Of a stretch of 52,462 nucleotides of DNA, positions 18,001 through 25,642 are shown piece by piece. Every line of letters starts with the position of its first letter. Positions within the stretch are counted from its first letter, which is position 1. The DNA lies in NCBI GenBank assembly GCA_944363665.1, contig CALVUS010000001.1:1-52462 (forward strand). Direction: 5' to 3'. The position numbers and the translations under genes were made by a program. Under the pieces are notes generated by a model. It was given only the letters and a program-made list of their open reading frames with translations. It was not told where the DNA came from and ran no database searches. This DNA comes from an uncultured Bacilli bacterium (GTDB lineage Bacteria > Bacillota_I > Bacilli_A > RF39 > UBA660).

Positions 18001-18765
18001 TTAATTATTAATATCTAATACCATACTATCAATTAATTGATTTAATGCTAAATTAGAGTAAGCAGTTTCAGCACCTTCAATTGTATATAATTTATTCCTT
18101 GGAACTGGATATAAATCCCAATTTAAATATTCAATCCAACTTAGATACTCAAACATTTCGGTTGGTACTGCAAAAGATAACCATGCAGGTGTTCTTACTT
18201 CATTGCCGTCAAATACATTTTGACCATTAGAATCTTTTACAGAAACCACATCTATACTAGTAATAAATTCATCATAAACAATTTGACCGTCAAGACTTGC
18301 TCTTAACCATAAATCTATTTTATCTCCTGGATATATTGAATTTGCATAAGTACTAGTATTATCAACCTTTAACCAATATAAAGTATACCCATTTGGTAAG
18401 TCTTCTTGTTCTCTTTCTTTTAAATCTTCTCGATCTACTACTTGACTAGTATAAAACATAGCACCTTCCTTAATCGATGTTTCATTCTTGACATATCTAC
18501 CAACTAATTGCGATGTAGAAGTAATAACACTAGCATTTTTTAAAAATTCACTATTTACTTCTACAAATTCAAAATCTTCTGAAGTAATTTCCTCTGTAGC
18601 TGTTATATCTCGAGTAGCAACTGGTACTCGTTGTGGATTTACAGCATTACTTACTGTCATATTATAGAAAAACCATAGCACTATTACTCCTGCTAGAACT
18701 GCTAAAATTGTCACTGTATTACGATTTAATAAAAATTTTCGCAAATTATTAATAATATTTCCCAT
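18001..18765 (-). CDS. cpaB: CpaB/RcpC-like Flp pilus assembly protein (SAF domain), paralog 1
   Basis: 254 aa; N-terminal TM helix, then RVPVATRDITATEEITSEDFEFVEV... typical of the CpaB SAF domain. Confidence 0.7.
   Translation of the reverse strand: MGNIINNLRKFLLNRNTVTILAVLAGVIVLWFFYNMTVSNAVNPQRVPVATRDITATEEITSEDFEFVEVNSEFLKNASVITSTSQLVGRYVKNETSIKEGAMFYTSQVVDREDLKEREQEDLPNGYTLYWLKVDNTSTYANSIYPGDKIDLWLRASLDGQIVYDEFITSIDVVSVKDSNGQNVFDGNEVRTPAWLSFAVPTEMFEYLSWIEYLNWDLYPVPRNKLYTIEGAETAYSNLALNQLIDSMVLDINN
18307..18354. repeat. 48-nt tract identical to 19095-19142 inside the two cpaB paralogs
   Basis: ccataaatctattttatctcctggatatattgaatttgcataagtact occurs in both genes (encodes STYANSIYPGDKIDLW), while the flanking DNA is diverged. 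Confidence 0.9.
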
Positions 18766-18767
18766 TT

Positions 18768-19553
18768 TTATCCTCCGTTTGAGTAATCAGCACCCATATC
18801 CATAGTTTTATCTTTAATTATCTGTAAAAGTTGCTCATTAGATATTTCCGTTGCCCCACTTTCAGTATTATACAATTTATTTCTTGGGACTGGAGTTATA
18901 CTAATGTCTGATATAAATTCTGCAATTTTTAAATAACGGTACATATCAGTAGGAACCGCAAATAACAACCAAGCAGGTGTTCTTCCACTTGTTACATCAA
19001 ATACATTTTGGCCAGAAGAATCTCTTACTGCCAATACTTCAATTCCCGAAATAAATTCACTAAAAACTAGTAAACCGTTTTGTCTAGTTTGCATCCATAA
19101 ATCTATTTTATCTCCTGGATATATTGAATTTGCATAAGTACTTACATTATTAACTTGCAATTGATAAATAGTATATCCATCTGGAATTTCATCAAATATC
19201 GAATTTGGCAACTCTTCCTTTTCAACTACTTGAGTTGTATAAAACATACCACCTTCAGGAATGGATGTACCTGTACTAACATATTTACCAACTAAATCAT
19301 TGACATTTGTTATAACATCAGCATCACTTAAAAAACGATTGCTAATTTCTACCATTTCTATATCATCTTGAGTAATTTCCGAAGTTGCAGATAAATCTTT
19401 ATTTGCCACCGGAACTCGTCTTGGATTAACGGCATTGTTAACTCGATATGTATAAAAACCAAACAATACCGCTACTCCAACAACAAATCCTAAAATAGTT
19501 ACTGTTGTCTTATTGGTAAAAAATCTTTTAAAAGTTCCTATTAGACCTCCCAT
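18768..19553 (-). CDS. cpaB: CpaB/RcpC-like Flp pilus assembly protein (SAF domain), paralog 2
   Basis: 261 aa; RVPVANKDLSATSEITQDDIEMVEI...; collinear paralog of 18001-18765. Confidence 0.7.
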   Translation of the reverse strand: MGGLIGTFKRFFTNKTTVTILGFVVGVAVLFGFYTYRVNNAVNPRRVPVANKDLSATSEITQDDIEMVEISNRFLSDADVITNVNDLVGKYVSTGTSIPEGGMFYTTQVVEKEELPNSIFDEIPDGYTIYQLQVNNVSTYANSIYPGDKIDLWMQTRQNGLLVFSEFISGIEVLAVRDSSGQNVFDVTSGRTPAWLLFAVPTDMYRYLKIAEFISDISITPVPRNKLYNTESGATEISNEQLLQIIKDKTMDMGADYSNGG

Positions 19554-19571
19554 TTTATTCCTCCATTTTTA

Positions 19572-19979
19572 TTAAAGTGCATTACCTTCAATTATTGCAT
19601 CAATTCTTTCTACCATATCAAACGATTCTGGATCTCCAACAACATTAAAGGTATTTGATTTACTTTTAACCTCAACACTGACCTTTGGTGGCGCTTCATA
19701 AACCCCATAAAAACTTACAGTATATGTTGTAGATAAAGAAGCAGTTTCAGCAAATCTTCTCAAAAAGCTTTCATAAAATTTTTCTTTATTAATTTTAATT
19801 TCGCCATAACTTCGATAATAAGAATAATCTACCGCATCTACTAAAGCTGCTTCTGTTATTTCTTTTATCAAATAATAATCTTGAGTACTAGAAGTAGTTA
19901 AGTTTTGTACTAATAACATTATAACTACCACAAATATTCCGAGTAATATTAGCCAGTATCCCCAAAATGCATTTTTCAT
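19572..19979 (-). CDS. Hypothetical membrane-anchored protein of the Tad-like operon
   Basis: 135 aa; one N-terminal TM helix; no recognisable motif. Confidence 0.5.
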   Translation of the reverse strand: MKNAFWGYWLILLGIFVVVIMLLVQNLTTSSTQDYYLIKEITEAALVDAVDYSYYRSYGEIKINKEKFYESFLRRFAETASLSTTYTVSFYGVYEAPPKVSVEVKSKSNTFNVVGDPESFDMVERIDAIIEGNAL

Positions 19980-19992
19980 TACTTATTCACCC

Positions 19993-22900
19993 CTACTTCC
20001 ATGATGGACCACCAATAACTGTTAGAGCACCAGAATTTTCTTGTAAAGTTGGCATTTCCCATGTACTCCATAATGTCCAATATCCATCAGCATTAGCAGC
20101 ATCATTGTCATCAGATCTACTACCAACTGGAGTTCTATTATATACAGTAATATCATCACCATAATCAGCAATTAACTCATCAATTACTTCACTATAACAG
20201 TATATATCAGGAACTACTGTACCATCTTCCAAAGTAGCATCATAACATGTTAACGTATCATTAGCATAGCCACCAGAGCCTTCAGCAGAAGCATTAATGC
20301 TTTTCAATTCATTAATTAAATCAGATGTAAGTCTAACGCTAAATGCTAAAGATGAATCATCACCAGTTTTATCATAAATCATTTCATTTTCAGTTTCTAT
20401 TTCATCGATCGTAGCCTCAGCTTTATCAACTAAAAGTTGTAATGGAGCCATACTAGTAGTAATATTCCAATTTGTCCAATCTTCAGCAGTTGTCCAGTTA
20501 TATCCAGGTTGTCTATCTACAGAATTGACATCTGTTGATATGATTGGTTTTACATTAATGTCTAATTCATCTAAATTAAATATGCAGTTTACACAATCAA
20601 ACACACATTCTGGACAGTCAACCCATTCACAGCCATCTTCATCACATTCAAAATCACAATTTGGACATTCAGGGGAACGACAATCACTTTCATAATAACA
20701 TAAATAATTACCATCAAAAGTTTCTTCGTCAATACCTTTAGCATATGCAACACTTTCGTCATTTATTTCGATTTCAGTAGTTCCATCTGGATTAACGTCT
20801 AATCTTACAACATCTATTAATCTACCTAATTCACCATCATCATAAAATTCACCAAGGTCTTCAATTAATAATTGATATATTCCTCCACCAACAACACTAG
20901 TAGATACTGGCAATACATTTTCTAAAGCTTCCAATTGCAATTTATCGCCAGCATAATCATTTACAATCGTTATTTTGCCATTAGCAGCTATTTGATAAAA
21001 CACAGTTGGAGTTTCATAGCTTTGAGCTTTTTTAACAGTTTTTCTAATAAATCTTGCTTGAGAAATATCTCTAGAATCGGTTTCACAGCCATCACCAGCA
21101 AAACAAACAACATAATCACGATTTTCATAAGCACCAGATACATTAGATGCATAATTCCATTCATCTATATCTTGAATATCTTGAGTAATATTTCCAGCTT
21201 CTGTTGGATCGTCACTATCTGTTTCACCAGTCATATCAAATACATCACTAGCGCCTTCACAAACATATTTATCATCCGCAGTTTCATAACAAACTTCAAT
21301 TTCACTTTCATATTCAAATTCATCTTCAATAGGAATTAAATAATCAGCATCAGTTATAGATGATTGTTTTAACAAATCATAATATGTTGTGAACATTGGT
21401 TCATCTTCACCACGGAATTCATTATAGAAATATTTAATTTTTTGATTAAATTGATATACATTTTCCCACATTCCAGTACATGCATTTAAATCTGTAATCA
21501 ATTTTTGATAATCTTCATAAGCTTCCTCTAAATCTTCTTCTGCTTGATCACGTTTTTCTTGCCAATCTTCTAACCAGTCATCATATTTCTCATTCGCTGA
21601 TTCATCTATTCCGCCGCAACAATGCTTTGTACATCCTCCTTCAGGTGATACATCACAGCAATAATGATTATGACTATCCGTAAATGATGTTCCTGAATCA
21701 TCTATATTTTCTGAAGAAAAATATCCATTTTCATTAACAAATGAAAATTCATAACTTAAATAATCATCCCACTCAATTTCTATAGTGTCTCGTTTAGTAC
21801 CGTAACCGCATTCCCCTTCTATTGTATTTTCAATCCAACTTTCTACTCTAGCATTTGCAGCATTCCATCTATTCATGGCATCTACCATTCTACTTTGAGC
21901 ACTTTCAATTTCATCAAGATATTTTTCTATATCTATTCCCATATCATCTACTGTACCTGCTGTATAACAATCTTTTTTACCTTCAACTCGTGCTGTTAAT
22001 TTGAAATTTGTACCACAGTTTACATCAGAAATAATTGGATCTAATGTAATTCCGCCTAAAGCTTCTTCATTATCTGTCCAACTAATATAATCTTCTTTAC
22101 AGTAAACTGAACAAAATTCATTGTCTGAATTTACACCACCATTTTCTTCAGAAAGTAAATAACTATTTTGAGCTTCATCAGTATTATTTAATATACATTT
22201 TTTGATTTCTTCTGAAGTATAAACATTGGCAACAGCATCTTCTTCATCATCACTACAAACCGGAACTTCTATAACAGTTTCACAAATTTCGCTTTGTTCT
22301 GCACATGTAATTCTGCCACTAACTTCACCAGTTTGAGCTCCACCTTCTTCATCAGCTTTAGCTACCACGAAAAATCTTTGAGTATTTGTTGTACTAGGTC
22401 TTAATAAAGCACCGTAATATTCAACACTTGTATCATGATAATCATAGCTTAAAGTAAAATCTGCTGCTGTACATTCTTCAATAGTCAAATCTTTAGAAAC
22501 TAAAATACGAATTCTAATTATTCCACTTCTTTTATCTTGAGTACCAGTCAAAGATCCAGTTGGCAAAGCCTTAGAAATATCTGTACTAGCATCCAATGTA
22601 GCCCAGTCAGTAGTTTCGGTAGAATATTCAATGGATTCAATTGTAATTCCATTAGCATTACATTGTGGACAATCCAATTGAACATTATTTATATATCCAT
22701 CTTCAGCAGCAATATTGTTGACTTCCATATTGATATAAACATATTCAGTTGCTGTAGTTTCATTTTGTTCTACAGATTCTGTATCGCCAACTCTCGCATC
22801 AATAGAAAAAGCTAAATTTTTGTTTCTATAATAATCTGATGCTGCTTCAACTCCTAATCTAAACAATTTTTGAGCAGCATAGATAACGTTATAAGAAGTA

Positions 22901-23577
22901 CTTCCTTCTGCTCCATAAATCATAACAATATTAGGATCATACCAGCTACCATACTTTCCAGCGATATATCTTTGGATGCATGCTTGATCATTTGTCGTAC
23001 AGCTATTTAATCCAGGAACTATTTCTGTAGCTCCCATGCCACTATAAATTGTTGCCCAATGAACACCTAGATTTATTAAAGATGATCCTTTTGCTCGATA
23101 TGCGGCAGATAATGTTGCATTACCACCCCAACCATAAAGTCCCATTGTAAATGCCCGTTGAGCTATACTTGTAGCTAAATAAAGGTCATTGCCACTAACA
23201 ACAGTTCCGTTATCTAAAGTTAAACTAGAATTAAATTGATTATATCCATTTGCTAAAATAGCTAATATCCCATGATCATATGAATTTACTTCATCATGTT
23301 GGCTATCTGCTCCTAAAATACGATCTATTGTATATGAGCCTCCACCTTGAAGATGTGGATCTTCACAGTATGTTACATAATCTTTACCATTTACACTACT
23401 ATGATATTTTATTTCACCATTATAAGTATAATTCCCATATCTAAGACCATCAGCTGTTACAGTCCCATCTTTTACAATAGAAAAGCTAGCACCTTCACTA
23501 AAATCAATAGCTTTAACTTCATTAAAGCCTACAATAAACATTAAACCTAATATTAATAATTTTACACTTTTTTTCAT
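19993..23577 (-). CDS. Large secreted Cys-rich acidic protein, putative adhesin with an N-terminal thioester-(TQXA)-like domain
   Basis: 1194 aa; signal peptide ...NEVKA/IDF; YCEDP (Cys71), ANGY, then LYLATSIAQRAF (Gln140), resembling the YC..P / GY / ATQxA(I/V)W pattern of Cys-Gln thioester domains; 10 Cys in 39 residues at DNA 20584-20700; no LPXTG motif or C-terminal TM helix. Confidence 0.6.
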   Translation of the reverse strand: MKKSVKLLILGLMFIVGFNEVKAIDFSEGASFSIVKDGTVTADGLRYGNYTYNGEIKYHSSVNGKDYVTYCEDPHLQGGGSYTIDRILGADSQHDEVNSYDHGILAILANGYNQFNSSLTLDNGTVVSGNDLYLATSIAQRAFTMGLYGWGGNATLSAAYRAKGSSLINLGVHWATIYSGMGATEIVPGLNSCTTNDQACIQRYIAGKYGSWYDPNIVMIYGAEGSTSYNVIYAAQKLFRLGVEAASDYYRNKNLAFSIDARVGDTESVEQNETTATEYVYINMEVNNIAAEDGYINNVQLDCPQCNANGITIESIEYSTETTDWATLDASTDISKALPTGSLTGTQDKRSGIIRIRILVSKDLTIEECTAADFTLSYDYHDTSVEYYGALLRPSTTNTQRFFVVAKADEEGGAQTGEVSGRITCAEQSEICETVIEVPVCSDDEEDAVANVYTSEEIKKCILNNTDEAQNSYLLSEENGGVNSDNEFCSVYCKEDYISWTDNEEALGGITLDPIISDVNCGTNFKLTARVEGKKDCYTAGTVDDMGIDIEKYLDEIESAQSRMVDAMNRWNAANARVESWIENTIEGECGYGTKRDTIEIEWDDYLSYEFSFVNENGYFSSENIDDSGTSFTDSHNHYCCDVSPEGGCTKHCCGGIDESANEKYDDWLEDWQEKRDQAEEDLEEAYEDYQKLITDLNACTGMWENVYQFNQKIKYFYNEFRGEDEPMFTTYYDLLKQSSITDADYLIPIEDEFEYESEIEVCYETADDKYVCEGASDVFDMTGETDSDDPTEAGNITQDIQDIDEWNYASNVSGAYENRDYVVCFAGDGCETDSRDISQARFIRKTVKKAQSYETPTVFYQIAANGKITIVNDYAGDKLQLEALENVLPVSTSVVGGGIYQLLIEDLGEFYDDGELGRLIDVVRLDVNPDGTTEIEINDESVAYAKGIDEETFDGNYLCYYESDCRSPECPNCDFECDEDGCEWVDCPECVFDCVNCIFNLDELDINVKPIISTDVNSVDRQPGYNWTTAEDWTNWNITTSMAPLQLLVDKAEATIDEIETENEMIYDKTGDDSSLAFSVRLTSDLINELKSINASAEGSGGYANDTLTCYDATLEDGTVVPDIYCYSEVIDELIADYGDDITVYNRTPVGSRSDDNDAANADGYWTLWSTWEMPTLQENSGALTVIGGPSWK

Positions 23578-24338
23578 ATTTCACTACTCCTACGTCTTTT
23601 TATAATTACAACCACTACTATCCCCACTATTACAACTAAACTAATTCCTCCTACTATAAAAGGAACTTTATGTTCAGATATAAATTTTCCTATAGACTCC
23701 AACCAAGATAAATCTTCTTCATCATTAGCATCACCGTTTTGGATTCTATCTACCTCAGCAGTAACATTATCAATAAAATCTGCAAAATCTATATCACCAA
23801 ATGTAACATATTCTTGACATAAATAATAATCAGATGCCACTTCACACATACCATAAGTTGAATAACTATTATATCTTGGCAATGTCAAAGTCATTGTCCT
23901 TATAGTGTCATCTTGACATCCATTATTGCCAGTTGATTTGACAGTTATTGTCAATCTTGCAACTTCGGACACGTCATTCCATTCAATAGCCAATGTGCCA
24001 TTATTAGTATCTGAAAAATTATATCTTGTTACATCGCTAGATTTATCACTACTTACTTCGATATAAAGATTTTCAGTTAAATTTAAAATGTTAATTTGCA
24101 AATAATCTGTCTTTGGAACCCAAGTTTCTTCTTCTTCGGTTCCTAAAATAGAATCTGGAGGCCCATATAAATTAGGATCTAATTCTTTTTCTTTAATTTC
24201 ATAATTTGCTCTTATCTCACTAGCTTCATTATTTAAAGTTGCCCTTTGGGTATAATCACAAGTACCAACCGCCTTTGCTGTACCAATAAACATTCCAAAA
24301 ACAGCTAGTGATAAAAATATATATTTCAATCTATACAT
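23574..24338 (-). CDS. Secreted, C-terminally tail-anchored protein (first gene of the operon)
   Basis: 254 aa; signal peptide ...GTAKA/VG; C-terminal TM helix plus KRRRSSEI; ATGA overlap with the 1194-aa gene. Confidence 0.55.
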   Translation of the reverse strand: MYRLKYIFLSLAVFGMFIGTAKAVGTCDYTQRATLNNEASEIRANYEIKEKELDPNLYGPPDSILGTEEEETWVPKTDYLQINILNLTENLYIEVSSDKSSDVTRYNFSDTNNGTLAIEWNDVSEVARLTITVKSTGNNGCQDDTIRTMTLTLPRYNSYSTYGMCEVASDYYLCQEYVTFGDIDFADFIDNVTAEVDRIQNGDANDEEDLSWLESIGKFISEHKVPFIVGGISLVVIVGIVVVVIIKRRRSSEI

Positions 24339-24359
24339 TTTGCCACCTACCTATGATTT

Positions 24360-24388
24360 AGTTTAACATAAATGCATTTAATTTTCAA
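24360..24388 (-). promoter_or_regulatory. Candidate operon promoter TTGAAA-N17-(TGt)TAAACT
   Basis: Minus strand: -35 = rc of 24383-24388, -10 = rc of 24360-24365, followed by RBS GGTAGGTGG and ATG 24338. AT-rich context lowers specificity. Confidence 0.4.
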
Positions 24389-24461
24389 TGGTATTTATTA
24401 ATTTATTCAAAGCAAAAAAATCTTTTATTACCATATCTTTTCTAATAGACAATTTAAACTT

Positions 24462-24505
24462 CAAAATAAAAGGATTGCCTCCTGTAAATCACGAGTTACA
24501 ATCCT
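24462..24505 (-). terminator. Terminator after the flavodoxin gene
   Basis: AGGATTG / CAATCCT stem (24471-24477, 24499-24505) with a partly paired interior, followed on the minus strand by TTTATTTTG. Confidence 0.5.
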
Positions 24506-24551
24506 CTAATTAAAAATTAATAATATACTTGGCTAAATTATTATGTCTACT

Positions 24552-25112
24552 TTAAACTTCAAGCCAATTACCGGTACCTGCAGCATCCGCTAGTAATTCA
24601 CCACTTTGTCCTAAGCCAGATGATGAAGATGTACAGAATGGAATAACTGTCTTACCACTAAAGTCATTAGCTTCAACAAATGTATTTACTGGCCAAGCAG
24701 CAATACCCCACCATATTGGGTAACCAATAATTATAGTATCATAATCATCCCAATTAGGTACTTCTGTTGAGAGTAATTCAACATCACGTAATGATTCATC
24801 TTCATGTTCACGAGAAACTCGAGAGTCATCATCTGTCCAATCTAAATCATCAGATGTATATTCATCTACAGGCACTATTTCAAAAATATCTGCTTCAATA
24901 TTGTTAGCAATTTGCTCTGCAACAGCCTCTGTATGTCCTTGAGCTGAGAAATAAACAACTAAAGTTCTTTCACCAGAAACATTTACATTTTCATTACTAT
25001 TGCTATTATTATTATTTTCATTATTATCTTTATTATTTAAGAAAAGAATTAAAACTATTCCAACAATAATTACCACTAATACAATTAATACAACAGCTAT
25101 TTTTTTATTCAC
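24552..25112 (-). CDS. Flavodoxin-like protein with N-terminal TM anchor and poly-Asn linker
   Basis: 186 aa; KK-TM helix, NNKDNNENNNNSNSNEN linker, then LVVYFSAQGHTEAVAEQIA... and a WW/CTSSS flavodoxin-like core. Confidence 0.75.
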   Translation of the reverse strand: MNKKIAVVLIVLVVIIVGIVLILFLNNKDNNENNNNSNSNENVNVSGERTLVVYFSAQGHTEAVAEQIANNIEADIFEIVPVDEYTSDDLDWTDDDSRVSREHEDESLRDVELLSTEVPNWDDYDTIIIGYPIWWGIAAWPVNTFVEANDFSGKTVIPFCTSSSSGLGQSGELLADAAGTGNWLEV

Positions 25113-25137
25113 TTATTTTTTCCTCCTTTCTTTGAAC

Positions 25138-25166
25138 TTGACAATAGTTCAATTGTTTTTTACAAT
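25138..25166 (+). promoter_or_regulatory. merR-family gene promoter TTGACA-N17-TACAAT
   Basis: -35 at 25138-25143, 17-nt spacer, -10 at 25161-25166; overlaps the divergent MerR-type promoter back-to-back. Confidence 0.6.
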
Positions 25167-25169
25167 TTA

Positions 25170-25200
25170 AATATACATGACGGGTGTTACTCCCGGTCAA
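25170..25200 (-). promoter_or_regulatory. MerR-type promoter TTGACC-N19-TATATT driving the flavodoxin gene, with dyad CGGGAGT-A-ACACCCG in the spacer
   Basis: Minus strand: -35 = rc of 25195-25200, 19-nt spacer 25176-25194, -10 = rc of 25170-25175. A 19-bp spacer is the hallmark of MerR-activated promoters. A near-identical copy lies at 28071-28101. Confidence 0.7.
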
Positions 25201-25225
25201 CTATTTTTTAAAGGAGATGTTAAAT

Positions 25226-25633
25226 TTGCCATATACAATGAAAGAAACTTGTAAAAAAACTGGTTTAAATTATGACACTTTAAAATTTTACTGTAATGAA
25301 GGACTAGTTCCAAACGTCAAAAGAGACAAACATAACTATCGCATTTTTGATGACAATAATATTGCTTGGATAAAAAGTTTATCTTGTTTAAAAAACTGCA
25401 ACATGAGTATTGGAGAAATGAAAAAATATTTAAATCTTTGTCTTGATGGCGAACAAACCATTCCTGAAAGACAAGTAATACTAGATATTAAACTAAAAGA
25501 ATTAGAAAATAGAATGCAAGAAATTCAAAAAAGTATTGATTATATCCATTGGAAACAAGGATTTTACAATGATGTGTTAAACGGTAAAACTAAGTATTAT
25601 AGTAATCTTATAAGCATCAAAAATGATGACTAA
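25226..25633 (+). CDS. MerR-family transcriptional regulator, AdhR/NmlR-like (thiol-based electrophile or aldehyde sensor type)
   Basis: N-terminal HTH (M)PYTMKETCKKTGLNYDTLKFY...; LSCLKNCNMSIGE aligns by eye with the Cys52 region IKCMRNAGLSIE of B. subtilis AdhR. TTG 25226 lies 9 nt after GGAG, whereas the ORF-track start 25184 would overlap the promoter. Confidence 0.8.
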   Translation: MPYTMKETCKKTGLNYDTLKFYCNEGLVPNVKRDKHNYRIFDDNNIAWIKSLSCLKNCNMSIGEMKKYLNLCLDGEQTIPERQVILDIKLKELENRMQEIQKSIDYIHWKQGFYNDVLNGKTKYYSNLISIKNDD

Positions 25634-25642
25634 CAAGCACCA

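Larger units (their letters stand above)
11769..24338 (-). other. Tad/Flp-like type IV filament gene cluster (15 co-directional ORFs)
   Basis: Tightly packed or overlapping ORFs bounded by a predicted promoter (24360-24388) and terminator (11711-11751); component calls are listed individually. Confidence 0.75.
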
